Shown here in pieces: positions 29,449 through 41,799 of a stretch of 64,000 nt of DNA (positions are counted from its first letter, which is position 1; every line of letters begins with the position of its first letter). Below the pieces are notes generated by a model. That model was given only the letters and a program-made list of their open reading frames with translations. It searched no databases and had not been told where the DNA came from. This DNA is from Candidatus Moraniibacteriota bacterium (GTDB taxonomy: Bacteria > Patescibacteriota > Minisyncoccia > Moranbacterales > UBA1568). The translations under genes and the position numbers were made by a program. The stretch spans positions 244,151 through 308,150 of the forward strand of contig CAVZUR010000004.1 in NCBI GenBank assembly GCA_963778555.1, in the 5' to 3' direction.

Positions 29449-29994
29449 TTACCCTTTCTTGATCTGGAGGAAGTCGAGTTCCACCGGCGTTTCGCGGCCG
29501 AAAATGGACACCAGTACCTTCACCTTGCCCTTTTCATCGTCCACTTCCTGGACCTTGCCTTCGAAGTTCTTGAACGGTCCGTCGGTGATGCGGACGCTTT
29601 CGCCGATCTTCACGTCAATCTTGTACTTCGGTTCGGCCACGCCCATGCGCTTTTTGAGCCCTTCAATCTCAGCCGGATCGATCGGCGTCGGCGTCGTGCC
29701 GAGCCCGATGAAGCCCGTCACGTTCGGCGTGTTCCGTACCACGTACCAACTGGCGTCCGTCACCACCATATCCACCAGGACATAACCTGGATAGATGCGC
29801 TCTTCGACGACAACACGCTTGCCCGCCTTGATCTTAATCTTCTTCTCTTTCGGCACCAAGACATCAAAGATGAGGCTTTGCATGTCCATTGACTCGATAC
29901 GCTGCTTCAAGTTGCGCGACACATTGTCCTCGTAACCGGAGTAGGTGTGCAGCACATACCAGGCGCGCCCATGATGCTGACTCTGTTTGGCCAT
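29449..29994 (-). CDS. nusG: Transcription termination/antitermination factor NusG
   Basis: ...AWYVLHTYSGYEDNV...VLVPKE...YPGYVLVDM...KIGESVRITDGPFKNFEGKVQEVD... covers the NGN and KOW domains. Confidence 0.9.
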   Translation of the reverse strand: MAKQSQHHGRAWYVLHTYSGYEDNVSRNLKQRIESMDMQSLIFDVLVPKEKKIKIKAGKRVVVEERIYPGYVLVDMVVTDASWYVVRNTPNVTGFIGLGTTPTPIDPAEIEGLKKRMGVAEPKYKIDVKIGESVRITDGPFKNFEGKVQEVDDEKGKVKVLVSIFGRETPVELDFLQIKKG

Positions 29995-30011
29995 ATGATT
30001 CTAGAAGTTAC

Positions 30012-30197
30012 TTAAGTCAGGAGAAAACGCTCGACGAGATAGCTGAAGAGTGTGTCGAGCGAACCAAGGAATATGGCCACCGCCAGGCTGATGACAACCA
30101 CGAGAACAGTGTAGCGGACCAGCTCCTTCTGAGTCGGCCAGTTCACCTTCATCAATTCACCTTTGGCCTCCAAAAAGAAGGTAATGATCTGTTGCAT
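30012..30197 (-). CDS. secE: Preprotein translocase subunit SecE
   Basis: 61 aa with a single TM segment (VKVNWPTQKELVRYTVLVVVISLAVAIFLGSLD). It sits in the conserved secE-nusG-rplK-rplA context. Confidence 0.8.
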   Translation of the reverse strand: MQQIITFFLEAKGELMKVNWPTQKELVRYTVLVVVISLAVAIFLGSLDTLFSYLVERFLLT

Positions 30198-30253
30198 GGC
30201 GATTCGATAGTTTGTAAAGGCTTGGTACCGCCTTTCTGTCCCTTAGTTTGGGT

Positions 30254-30276
30254 CTAAAAAAAGCCCCAAGGGCTTG
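30254..30276 (-). terminator. Rho-independent terminator (minus-strand orientation) immediately upstream of secE
   Basis: The minus strand reads AAGCCCTTGGGGCTT followed by TTTTTTT. Confidence 0.45.
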
Positions 30277-30372
30277 TGCTTCAACCTTACTGGAAAGCCT
30301 GGAGTCTGTCAATTATCCTTCAGGCTCGATTTGGTATGACAACCGCTGGATATACCTATCTGTATCAGTTAC

Positions 30373-30399
30373 TTGACAAACGGTCAAAAATGATATATT
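30373..30399 (+). promoter_or_regulatory. Putative sigma70-type promoter (TTGACA, 15-nt spacer, extended -10 TGaTATATT)
   Basis: acTTGACAaacggtcaaaaaTGaTATATTg sits directly upstream of the small-ORF/GT2 operon. Confidence 0.35.
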
Positions 30400-30426
30400 G
30401 TGCTTCGTCATTCATTAAGTTTCCAT

Positions 30427-30621
30427 ATGGCTCCAGCTGCTCAAATCCTTGCCTCGGCTATCCTGGTTTCTTTTGGTTTTTTGGCTCCAGAAAGCGTTTC
30501 TGCGACCTCTCAAGATAATTTCACGCATTCCATCCTCTCAGTCACCGCCATCACACTCGGCAGCCTCATCGCCGTAAGCTTTGCGGTCAGCCGGTTCTTC
30601 AGCTGGATAATCAATCGCTAA
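30427..30621 (+). CDS. Small membrane protein (about 64 aa) upstream of the GT2 synthase
   Basis: MAPAAQILASAILVSFGFLAPESVSATSQDNFTHSILSVTAITLGSLIAVSFAVSRFFSWIINR. The protein has two hydrophobic segments. The ORF-track GTG start at 30400 overlaps the -10 element, so I prefer the ATG at 30427. Confidence 0.35.
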   Translation: MAPAAQILASAILVSFGFLAPESVSATSQDNFTHSILSVTAITLGSLIAVSFAVSRFFSWIINR

Positions 30622-30634
30622 AGCGGACACCCCC

Positions 30635-31901
30635 ATGGATACCTACGGCCAAATCGTTGCTAGCCTAATTGTCGTTTTCGGACTCGTAAACATTTTCCGG
30701 ATGGCATTTTTTATGGTTGGCTCGGACATCTATACGGTGAAACGGGCACTTCGGACCCAACGGAAGCGACAGATAACCTTCGGTCTACCGACGATAAGTG
30801 TCATTATTCCTGCTCACAACGAGGAAAACACCATCATCCGTACAATCGAGTCCGTCTTAGTGGTCAGGTACCCAAAAAGTAAGCTCGAAATTATCGTCGT
30901 TGACGATGGGTCCACTGATCAGACGCGCGCGATCACTAAACGCTATCAGGTCGAACACAACGCCGATTTCAAGCTCATCTACCAGGAAAACGCTGGCAAA
31001 GCCCATGCGCTCAATACCGGTATGCGCCGACATGCGACCGGCCAGCTCATGATGTGTCTCGACGCAGACTCAACGCTCGCGCCCGATGCTTTGCTAAACG
31101 CGGCAAGTTACTTCGTCGATCCGCGCGTAGTCGCGCTTTCAGCCAACGTAAAAATCCGCCCGAGTGGAGAGCTTTTCAACCTGATCCAGGTCTTCGAGTA
31201 CCTCGTCTGCTATCAGATGAAGCGCGCCCAAACCATCTTCAATATCGAATACATCATCGGCGGCATCGGCTCCACATTTCGCCGCTCTGCTCTCGTCCAA
31301 GTCGGCTACTACGATACCGACACTATCACGGAGGATATCGACCTCACCATGAAGCTGCTCCGTCTCGGCGGCAAAGACCATCGTGTCATCTACGGCTCGG
31401 ATGTCATCGCCTATACCGGAATCCGTCCTGGACCTCGCCGGCCTCATCCGTCAGCGCTTCCGCTGGAAGTACGGCCGCGCCCAGACCTTCGTAAAAAACC
31501 GTTCTCTCTTCTTCTCGAATGACCGACGCCATTCCCGTTGGCTGACCTGGTTCTATCTCCCCTATGCCTTGTTCTCTGACCTCGCATTCTTCTTCGAGCC
31601 GTTCATGGTGTCGTATATCGCTTATATCGTCGTCGCATACGGTGACTGGATCACCCTCGCCAGCGCCTTCACCATCGTCGGGGGCTACGTTGCACTGAAT
31701 ATCCTCGCTGAGGACACTCTCCCACTCAAGCAGAAGCTCACGCTTGCAGCCATCGCGCCGTTCATGTATTTCTTCTTCTATATCCTGAGCTATGTCGAGT
31801 ACCTCGCCCTCATCAAGACCTATATGAAGTTCTGGGAGATCCCCGCGAGCATTCGCGCCAAGCAATGCGGCTGGACCCATGTCGAACGCGCTAGGGCCTA
31901 A
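30635..31901 (+). CDS. Processive family-2 glycosyltransferase (cellulose/chitin/PNAG-synthase-like), one frameshift near 31420
   Basis: GT-A fold with SVIIPAHNEE...VVDDGSTD...DAD. After the frameshift the next frame carries ...LIRQRFRWKYGRAQTF (Q-x-x-R-W) followed by multiple TM helices (ORF 31383..31901). Confidence 0.75.
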
Positions 31902-31913
31902 CGATTTTTCAGT

Positions 31914-31955
31914 GAAAAAAAGCCCGGTCGACAACATGTGTCAGACCGGGTTTTC
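31914..31955. terminator. Bidirectional rho-independent terminator between convergent genes
   Basis: AAAAAAAGCCCGGTC-gacaacatgtgtca-GACCGGGTTTT. The hairpin has an A-tract on one side and a T-tract on the other. Confidence 0.55.
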
Positions 31956-31980
31956 GCGCGCGGCACGGCGGCCCACCCGC

Positions 31981-32280
31981 CTATTCGTCCATCATCGAGG
32001 GATACTGGTCCTCAACGAAAGTCGGGGCGCCGAAGTCCTGGGCAAAGACATACCACTTGTGGTCGAACGGGCTGCGTCCGCACCAGTAACAGTCGTCGTC
32101 CCAGGGGCGAGTCGGGCGGAAGCTGATCTCGATCGCACTCGCGGCCGCGCGCAGCTCGTCAGGTGTGACAGTCGCGGGCGCCGTCAGCTGACAAATCCGC
32201 GTAACAGCCCGGTGGTCTCCCATGTTCGCTCGCGGAATCGTGTCCAGAATCGTAGCGATGGTCATTGCATCCATGTCAGG
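31981..32280 (-). CDS. Small hypothetical protein (~100 aa) with an acidic C-terminus
   Basis: The C-terminal 100 aa of ORF 31981..32541 read MDAMTIATILDTIPRANMGDHRAVTRICQLTAPATVTPDELRAAASAIEISFRPTRPWDDDCYWCGRSPFDHKWYVFAQDFGAPTFVEDQYPSMMDE. The upstream part of the ORF is Ser/Arg/Pro-rich and not protein-like. Confidence 0.35.
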   Translation of the reverse strand, partial: PDMDAMTIATILDTIPRANMGDHRAVTRICQLTAPATVTPDELRAAASAIEISFRPTRPWDDDCYWCGRSPFDHKWYVFAQDFGAPTFVEDQYPSMMDE

Positions 32281-32559
32281 CCTCCTTGGGGTTGGTGTTT
32301 GTCCCGGTCGGCACATCATGGACGAAGTACGGCTTCCGGCAGAACGGACAGGTAGTGACGGAATCATCTGACGAGAAGGACCCGCCGTACTCCGTCTGGC
32401 GACCGACCGTACCGCAGACAGGACACTCGAGGGTGTACTCGTCTTCGTAGTTGACACCCCCAATATCGCGGCGAAAGCACTTGGCTGGGCCGGCGCATTT
32501 CGGACAAGTGGGCAGCGACTGGGCAGTCGCGACCGAATCACTCACGCTCTGGTTCATCA
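32276..32559 (-). CDS. Small triple Zn-ribbon-like protein (~94 aa)
   Basis: MNQSVSDSVATAQSLPTCPKCAGPAKCFRRDIGGVNYEDEYTLECPVCGTVGRQTEYGGSFSSDDSVTTCPFCRKPYF... has three CPxC-type pairs. A good RBS GAGGAGAG lies before the ATG. The gene overlaps the downstream gene by 4 nt. Confidence 0.4.
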
Positions 32560-32896
32560 ATACTCTCCTCAGATTGGGTACTTGGTAGCTGCCAAGCCAG
32601 CGAGTGAACAACCTCCTCCGTATTGGTAAAGGGCCCTCCATTATCACCTGAGATAGAAGTTTTGTAAAGCAGCTTTGAAAGAGTTTAGTTGATACAACAG
32701 GACTCTTCCCTAAACGTCCCTAGGTCTGTAGCTTTATATTCGGCGAGGTAACCGCGCATGCGGTCGAGGTGAAGGCGAGTGTTGACTTGACGGAGTACTT
32801 TTGGTATATTCGAGGCGCTTCGATCTCGTGCGGTATCGCCGCAGAGAGGAAACTGAAGCAAGGCAAGAGCTCCTTCAGTGGAGATGGAGAGTAAGC

Positions 32897-33097
32897 ATGA
32901 GTACGCACAGTCAAGACAAGAAGTCGGAGCAGGACTACTACTTCCAGAAAGGCGGGCAGGACGCCAAAGATGGCGTGTACCACTCGCCGAAAGACAGTCT
33001 CGTCGACTGCTTCAGGCTCTTTGATGCCGCGACGGTAGCGGAGGTGACAAGCGCCTACGACGCCGGCCATTCGAAGCCTGATTCCAACAAGAAGTAG
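32897..33097 (+). CDS. Hypothetical small protein (66 aa)
   Basis: MSTHSQDKKSEQDYYFQKGGQDAKDGVYHSPKDSLVDCFRLFDAATVAEVTSAYDAGHSKPDSNKK is preceded by GGAGATGGAGAG. A terminator-like hairpin (GAGGATGATC-aacc-GATCATCCTC) follows at ~33168. Confidence 0.25.
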   Translation: MSTHSQDKKSEQDYYFQKGGQDAKDGVYHSPKDSLVDCFRLFDAATVAEVTSAYDAGHSKPDSNKK

Positions 33098-33290
33098 GTC
33101 CCAAGCCACACACTCTACCTTCGAGTGAGGAGTACCATAAAATGCATCACTTCAACAAAGTCGAATGCGTTCGAGGATGATCAACCGATCATCCTCACTT
33201 CATTTTGTAGCGAATAGCAGCGGCCCGAGAGGCTTTTTTTTGCCCCTCCCCGCTTATAATATCCATTCCAGCACTAAGATATAGAGTTTT

Positions 33291-33641
33291 CTATCTGGTG
33301 TCAGTCCAAACGCCCGACGGCTCATCGTAGTCGGACAAAGTTGTCCCGCCGACGCACATGCCATCCTCGATCGGACCGATGAAATAAGTCACATCGACGA
33401 GCGTATTGGCGACTTTCGTTTCCGGATGGTCACCCGCTCGACGGTACGAGTAGAGTGAGGCATCGCCTTTTTCGTCGACTGTAACGACTTCATGGAGATA
33501 GACGCCCTTTTCGTCCTCGAGCGTCCTGAGTACTTCGGGGTTCTCTTTGCCGCAGAGTTTTTCAATCTTGGCTTTTATTTCCGCCACAGACAGGCTGCGC
33601 GGTCCTTGCTCCGGAACTGGCGTTAGATTTTCAAAGTCCAT
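33291..33641 (-). CDS. Hypothetical protein (116 aa)
   Basis: ORF with plausible composition and no recognisable motif. Confidence 0.35.
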   Translation of the reverse strand: MDFENLTPVPEQGPRSLSVAEIKAKIEKLCGKENPEVLRTLEDEKGVYLHEVVTVDEKGDASLYSYRRAGDHPETKVANTLVDVTYFIGPIEDGMCVGGTTLSDYDEPSGVWTDTR

Positions 33642-33664
33642 AGGGTATGAGTATGGAGTCGATG

Positions 33665-34204
33665 TTAATTAAGAAAACAGTTCCAACTCAACCAAAAGGG
33701 CTTTATATTTTTCGAGGTAGTCTTGGCCTGCTCCCGGTCCAGGGTGAAAGCGGGCTCGTTCACGATGCGGTTCCGGACAGCGTGGACTTCGGACAAGCCC
33801 GCATGACTCTGCAACTGGCCGGGGTGCATATTGGCCAGACGCTCGCCCATATTTTCTCCATGGAAACCCGATTCCGATAGCAGCGTGTCAGCGAAGTGGT
33901 CGGCCTCGAGGATGGCGACTTTGTAGTGGGATGGATTGTCACTATCGAGACGTCTTTCGACGGCCTTCCATTGACTCATCGCTTCGTTCTTCTTGATGAG
34001 GGGTCGGGTCGTACCGTAGAGCTGGACTTTCAGGTTGCCAGTGATGCCGCGCATGAGGAGCAGCATGACAACATTCGCGATCATCACGAGTGAATAGATG
34101 ATGAGAAAGGCTTTGACCACCGTGAAGACAGCCGATTGGCTGATGATCTCCCAGATCGCCGGGAGGGCACCGATGAAACCGAGGGCGTCGAAATCCGTGT
34201 TCAT
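33665..34204 (-). CDS. Hypothetical membrane protein (two N-terminal TM helices plus a soluble domain)
   Basis: MNTDFDALGFIGALPAIWEIISQSAVFTVVKAFLIIYSLVMIANVVMLLLMRG... with no recognisable domain. Confidence 0.4.
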   Translation of the reverse strand: MNTDFDALGFIGALPAIWEIISQSAVFTVVKAFLIIYSLVMIANVVMLLLMRGITGNLKVQLYGTTRPLIKKNEAMSQWKAVERRLDSDNPSHYKVAILEADHFADTLLSESGFHGENMGERLANMHPGQLQSHAGLSEVHAVRNRIVNEPAFTLDREQAKTTSKNIKPFWLSWNCFLN

Positions 34205-34256
34205 GTTTATATTATAGCCGATTCAGACAAGTATCGTCCTCAACTTCAGGCTCGCA

Positions 34257-35729
34257 CTACAAACTCGCACGCTTGTTTGTTAGTTCAAAAGCGTGGGCCA
34301 GGTTCAGGACAGTCTCTTCCTCGAACCAGCGTCCCATGAATTGCCCACCGATAGGGAGCGGCTTTTTTTCTCCTTGGCCATCAGTCAGAATAGTGCCGAT
34401 AGGAAACGACAGCGCTGGAACGCCAACCAAATTCGCCGTCACCGTATAGATATCCGAGAAATACATTTTCAAAGGATCATCGGTCTTGGCGCCCAGCTTG
34501 AACGCCGTCTCGGGCGCGGTCGGAGAAAAAATCACATCTACCTTGGCATAGGCGTCCTGGAAGTCTCGCTTTAGGAGCGAGCGGACAGCCAGCGCTTTCT
34601 TGTAGTACGCGTCATAGTAGCCGGCCGACAGCGCATAGGTACCGAGCATGATGCGGCGTTTGGCTTCCGGACCCAGGCCGACCTTGCGCGTGTCGAGATA
34701 CGTTTCGAGGAGAGTCGAGGTTTTTTCCAGCGAATCCTGTTGGTCGTTCACCGATAGGCCGTAACGGATGCCGTCGAAACGTGACAGGTTCGACGACAGT
34801 TCGGATGACTGCACGATGTAGTAGATGGGCAGCGCTAGATGGCTATGCGGCAGGCTGATGGGCACGATTTCCGCCCCCAGCGACCGGAACACGTCGAGCG
34901 CGGCCTCGGCCGCCGCTTTCACTATTGGGTCAAGCGCGTCAGTAAAGTACTCTTTGGGAACACCGATCTTTTTGCCTTTGATGTCGCCCGTGAGCAGGTC
35001 TTCATACTGCAAGACGGGACGAGTGGACGCAGTGCCGTCGAGTGAGTCGACCCCCGCGATGCGCGACAATACGATCGCCACGTCCTCGACCGAATTGGCC
35101 AAGACACCAATCTGGTCCAGGCTCGAGGCCGAAGCGATGAGGCCAGAGCGCGACACGCGGCCATAGGTCGGTTTCAATCCGTACACGCCGCAAAAAGCAG
35201 CCGGCTGACGAATGGAGCCCCCCGTGTCGGAACCGAGCGCCCATGCGGCCATATCAGCCGCTACAGCCACGGCCGAACCGCCGGACGTCCCGCCAGGAAC
35301 GCGTGTGTCATCGATCGGGTTTTTCGTCGGACCATAGGCCGAGAGCTCGGTGGAGGAACCGAGCGCGAATTCATCCAGGTTCGTCTTGCCGAGGATGACA
35401 GCGTGTTCAGCATGTAGTTTCTTCACGACCGTCGCATCATAGGTGGCGACATAGTTGTCGAGAATCTTGGACCCGGCCGTGGTGCGCTCGCCAGCCATCA
35501 CGATATTGTCCTTGATCGCGCCCGGGATGCCGGCGAATAGGCCGATGGTCTCGCCGTTTTTTACAGCCTCATCGACGGCTTCGGCTTCGCGCTGGGCCTG
35601 CGCCGCTCGCGTCGACAGGAAGGCATGCAGCGTTGGGTCGCGTTCAGTGATCAGGGCAATACGATCAGCGACGAGTTCGGTCGCTTTCTTTTTCCCGCTT
35701 TGGATCTGGTCGTGCAGTTCGCGGATCAT
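34257..35729 (-). CDS. gatA: Glutamyl-tRNA(Gln) amidotransferase subunit A
   Basis: Amidase signature ...GGSSGGSAVAVAADMA... at canonical length (490 aa). Confidence 0.9.
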   Translation of the reverse strand: MIRELHDQIQSGKKKATELVADRIALITERDPTLHAFLSTRAAQAQREAEAVDEAVKNGETIGLFAGIPGAIKDNIVMAGERTTAGSKILDNYVATYDATVVKKLHAEHAVILGKTNLDEFALGSSTELSAYGPTKNPIDDTRVPGGTSGGSAVAVAADMAAWALGSDTGGSIRQPAAFCGVYGLKPTYGRVSRSGLIASASSLDQIGVLANSVEDVAIVLSRIAGVDSLDGTASTRPVLQYEDLLTGDIKGKKIGVPKEYFTDALDPIVKAAAEAALDVFRSLGAEIVPISLPHSHLALPIYYIVQSSELSSNLSRFDGIRYGLSVNDQQDSLEKTSTLLETYLDTRKVGLGPEAKRRIMLGTYALSAGYYDAYYKKALAVRSLLKRDFQDAYAKVDVIFSPTAPETAFKLGAKTDDPLKMYFSDIYTVTANLVGVPALSFPIGTILTDGQGEKKPLPIGGQFMGRWFEEETVLNLAHAFELTNKRASL

Positions 35730-35732
35730 ACA

Positions 35733-36014
35733 CTAAAAGACTGATTTCACTTTGAAAGAACCATCTTTTTGGCTGGGCGCGTTTTCGAGGATTCGCGGCG
35801 CCTCGCCCGAGAGCCTCTCAACGTCCTCAGCGCAGCGATTGAATTCCGGGGCCATCGACGTTTCGATCGGCATGCTGCTCACATTGACGTCTTTGAGTTC
35901 CTCGAACCAGTCGAGGACAGCGGAGAGGTCACGCTGGAAATGGGCCACCTCCCCATCGGTCAATCCGATGCGGGCGAGGGTCGCGATGTGTTTCACTTCG
36001 TCAGTCGAGAGCAT
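35733..36014 (-). CDS. gatC: Glutamyl-tRNA(Gln) amidotransferase subunit C
   Basis: MLSTDEVKHIATLARIGLTDGEVAHFQRDLSAVLDWFEELKDVNV... matches GatC. Confidence 0.85.
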   Translation of the reverse strand: MLSTDEVKHIATLARIGLTDGEVAHFQRDLSAVLDWFEELKDVNVSSMPIETSMAPEFNRCAEDVERLSGEAPRILENAPSQKDGSFKVKSVF

Positions 36015-36042
36015 TGTCAGAAATCCAGGTTTTAGGGGCTAG

Positions 36043-38728
<2,686 letters not shown>

Positions 38729-38732
<4 letters not shown>

Positions 38733-39367
38733 TTCCACGTCGTCAGTAAAAGCTCGGCGTACACGCACTTATTGTACGGCGTGCACCAGGTGATCGCTCC
38801 GGCGCCGTTCAGATTATTGAGCGGATCCTGCCAGGTCACAAAGCTTTGGACGCGGGCAGTATCGGCACCGCCCGGGTGCTCAATTTTTACGAGCCGATAA
38901 AAGCGCGTGGTGACACCCAACCCATGCTGGTACAGTCCCGATGCCAGTGCTGATAGCACCAGTGAACCAGCGGGGCAGGTGAACGCTGTCGGGCCACTCG
39001 CACCATAGCTGACAGTACAGCGTTGATTCCCGTTCGGAAAATACCGAAACGGATCGCAATTCCCGGCCACCGTCGTACTGCAATTATTGGGCGGCCCGCT
39101 CAACCAGTTCTGGGCTCGAAACGCGGAGTTGTTATCCCGCACATTGCGCGCGACCTCGACCCCCTCCTGGGCGAGCTGCGAGGCGATGATGACATTGAGC
39201 GTATCGGATGAACTCCGCTGCGCGGCAAAAAACAAATTCATCACTGCGACAAGACCGATGGCCAGGAGAAAACCCGCCAGCATTACCTCGGCAATCGTAA
39301 AGGCTTTGGAATGGCGACGAGAGATGATGAAGAAACAAGCGGGGCATGGAATCAGAGTTACGGACAA
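38729..39367 (-). CDS. Pilin-like protein (minor pilin candidate) with a non-canonical leader
   Basis: ...RRHSKAFTIAEVMLAGFLLAIGLVAVMNLF... has Ala rather than Gly at -1. The C-terminal region is Cys-rich. Confidence 0.45.
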
Positions 39368-39879
39368 GTCGAGTTCGCGCCGTTCTCGACGATACGCCCG
39401 GTCGGGTAGATACAGACGTACCGTTTGAGCGTGCCGCTGGCGAGATCGATGCGATACGAACCGACGACCGGAGTTCCGCCGCGCGTCACTTCACCGCGCG
39501 GAAGCGTGAAACCGATAGTCGTCGCGCCCGACGTGAAGCCCGCTCCTTCTTTCAGCCGATAGCTTACGATTGTCCCGAGGCCCGTACAGGCGCCAGCAAC
39601 ACGGAAATTATTCACGATATGATAAGCGGTCGCGGATGCAATCTGCACTCCGTAGGAACAGTTGTCCTCGTTAGCATTGGTGCTTCTCCCCGCCTGCGCA
39701 TAGCTCTGGGCTTCACGGAGCGCGGCCGCCAACTCTTGCGACGCTCGGTCGATGCCCCGCTCTGAACGCTTGCCGGAAAATGACGCGAGCGTCATCGCCG
39801 ACAAAATGCCGATAATCGCGATGACGATTACCATCTCGATCAATGTAAAACCGTGGAGCGCTTTTGAGTTCTCGTGCAT
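39358..39879 (-). CDS. Type IV pilin/pseudopilin (GspG/PilE-like)
   Basis: MHENSKALHGFTLIEMVIVIAIIGILSAMTLASF... Confidence 0.7.
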   Translation of the reverse strand: MHENSKALHGFTLIEMVIVIAIIGILSAMTLASFSGKRSERGIDRASQELAAALREAQSYAQAGRSTNANEDNCSYGVQIASATAYHIVNNFRVAGACTGLGTIVSYRLKEGAGFTSGATTIGFTLPRGEVTRGGTPVVGSYRIDLASGTLKRYVCIYPTGRIVENGANSTCP

Positions 39880-39909
39880 ACCCCTATTGTACCGCTAAAT
39901 CTGCCGGAA

Positions 39910-40716
39910 CTAAACAGGGAGAAGCAGGAGCGCGAGCCACCACGGACCGATAGCCTGGATCAGCACTGTGCCGAGCGTGCCAACGGCGAGAAACGGCGCG
40001 AATGGAATCTGGCTTTTCATGCTGCGCTCACCCCGAACGAGGAGTCCGATACCAACCAGGGCACCGATAAAGAAAGAGAGCGTGAAGAGAAAGAGGAGTG
40101 CGGGCAAGCCGACGGCGGCGCCGGCCAGGCCAGCCAGCCAGACATCGCCCATGCCCATCCAGGTCTCCTTGGAAAAATAGACCAGGGCGTAAAAGATTGC
40201 CGCCGCAATGCCGCCGCCCCAGAGCATTTGCTGCCATATGACCCCACTGGCAAACCAATCGCCGCCTGCCAAGTACGTCGCAATGAACGCGTAGACAATG
40301 GCCGCGATAATACCGGTGGCCAACAGCACCAGCGGGATTTCCATGTTCCGGGCATCATATACCGCGATGGTGACGAGCAGCCCGACGAGGACGAGATGCC
40401 AGAGTGTAAAGACGATTTCCGTCGCGCTCCCCGCTCCGATAGCGAGTGTCCCGAACAGCGCGAAGAGTACACCCGTCACGAACTCAACCGCGGGGTACTG
40501 CCATGAGATGGGAAAGCGACAAACTCGGCAGCGTTGGCGGAGAAGGAAAAAGGAGAGGATTGGGATATTGTCATACCAGCGGATGACTGCACCACATGAC
40601 GGACATTTTGAGCGTCCATCGAAGGACTGGTCTTTTTCCAGCCGAAACACAACCACATTGAGAAAACTCCCGATGATGAGGCCGAAGAGGAAGAAAAAGA
40701 GTGGGTACACTGCCAT
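39910..40716 (-). CDS. pilD: Prepilin peptidase (A24 family)
   Basis: The N-terminal TM region and the Zn-binding CPSCG...CRVC pair are present (the track also shows an AVYDARNMEI segment, which I did not align), plus eight TM helices. Confidence 0.85.
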   Translation of the reverse strand: MAVYPLFFFLFGLIIGSFLNVVVFRLEKDQSFDGRSKCPSCGAVIRWYDNIPILSFFLLRQRCRVCRFPISWQYPAVEFVTGVLFALFGTLAIGAGSATEIVFTLWHLVLVGLLVTIAVYDARNMEIPLVLLATGIIAAIVYAFIATYLAGGDWFASGVIWQQMLWGGGIAAAIFYALVYFSKETWMGMGDVWLAGLAGAAVGLPALLFLFTLSFFIGALVGIGLLVRGERSMKSQIPFAPFLAVGTLGTVLIQAIGPWWLALLLLPV

Positions 40717-40860
40717 GTCGGCAGTATATCAAATAGTGCCGCAACCAAAAACACAGATAGCTGCTCGTGCTGATTGGACGATATTCCTGAGTCGTCCCGT
40801 CTGCATTGTGCCTCGGGGATGAAGTTGATAGACTGGGAGTGAACTAAAACATCGTAGTCA

Positions 40861-41121
40861 TTGGATTGTTTACATGATGCTATGGATCAGAATTACGAGC
40901 CACCGGTACGGACATCAAGAATGGCGCGGTGGGTTGTGGATCACACGGGTGGTTTCATCAAAAATGAACAGCAGGCGAATTATATCTTGATCGGATTGGT
41001 GATTCTTTTGTTTTCTGTCTCCCTGTTATTAATGTTCAGCGGAGGGACCGAGGTGAAGAAAGGCGGGCCCGGGCCGAGCGCCCAAGAATTGGAAGCCTAC
41101 CGAAAAATCCAGCCTTTCTAG
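40861..41121 (+). CDS. Small hypothetical membrane protein
   Basis: An 86-aa ORF with a single TM segment (ILIGLVILLFSVSLLLMF). It lies upstream of the plus-strand pilin. Confidence 0.3.
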   Translation: MDCLHDAMDQNYEPPVRTSRMARWVVDHTGGFIKNEQQANYILIGLVILLFSVSLLLMFSGGTEVKKGGPGPSAQELEAYRKIQPF

Positions 41122-41127
41122 AAGACT

Positions 41128-41712
41128 ATGAAACGACACTCGCACGCAGGCTTTACACTCATCGAGGTATTGGTCGTGGTTGCCATCCTCGGGATACTGT
41201 CGACCGTCGTCCTCACCACTTCCAACGCGGCGCGCTCGAAGGCCCGTGATGCGAAGCGCTTTGCCGACCTGAAATCAATCGAGGCCGGTTTACACCTGTA
41301 TCTTCTGAACAATCGGGATTTGCCCGATGAGACCGGTGTTACGCCAACTAGCCGGTGGCTGGGAAGTCAGTTTTTCCCCAATTTTATGGAGTATCTCGCC
41401 CCATATTTGACGACCGTTCCCATTGACACGCTCAATGCCGGCCCCCCATCAAGCATGTTCAATCCACGGCCGGACGGCTCATATTACTATACCTACTATT
41501 ATTATAATTTCGCTAACGCGGGAACCAATTACGGTTGTCCGTGGACGGGATCATTCGCTGTACTCGGTTTCCGTTCTGTCGAAGCCATGGACCGAACCAA
41601 ACTCCCCAAAGCCCAATGCGGCCCGCAACCTTGTCCTCTCTCTGGCACCCCTGGGGTTTGCCGCGATTGGTCCAGTGAGTTTGATTACTCGGTTTTCGTC
41701 TTTCCCCAATAA
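41128..41712 (+). CDS. Type IV pilin (194 aa)
   Basis: MKRHSHAGFTLIEVLVVVAILGILSTVVLTTSNAARSKARDAKRFADLKSIEAGL... Confidence 0.75.
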   Translation: MKRHSHAGFTLIEVLVVVAILGILSTVVLTTSNAARSKARDAKRFADLKSIEAGLHLYLLNNRDLPDETGVTPTSRWLGSQFFPNFMEYLAPYLTTVPIDTLNAGPPSSMFNPRPDGSYYYTYYYYNFANAGTNYGCPWTGSFAVLGFRSVEAMDRTKLPKAQCGPQPCPLSGTPGVCRDWSSEFDYSVFVFPQ

Positions 41713-41799
41713 GGAAACCCATCCAGTCCCGCAGACAGTTTTTTCTAAAAAGAGACAGTACGGACGCTCTGCTCTGCCGATCAATCGTGACGCTCAACT

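Noticed and set aside
28865-29785. 306-aa plus-strand ORF spanning rplK and nusG
   Set aside because: It is antisense to two universally conserved genes, so it is a shadow ORF.
30276-30400. tRNA (for example tRNA-Trp) upstream of secE
   Set aside because: I found no GTTCRANYC T-loop and no cloverleaf on either strand by eye. Only the orphan terminator is present.
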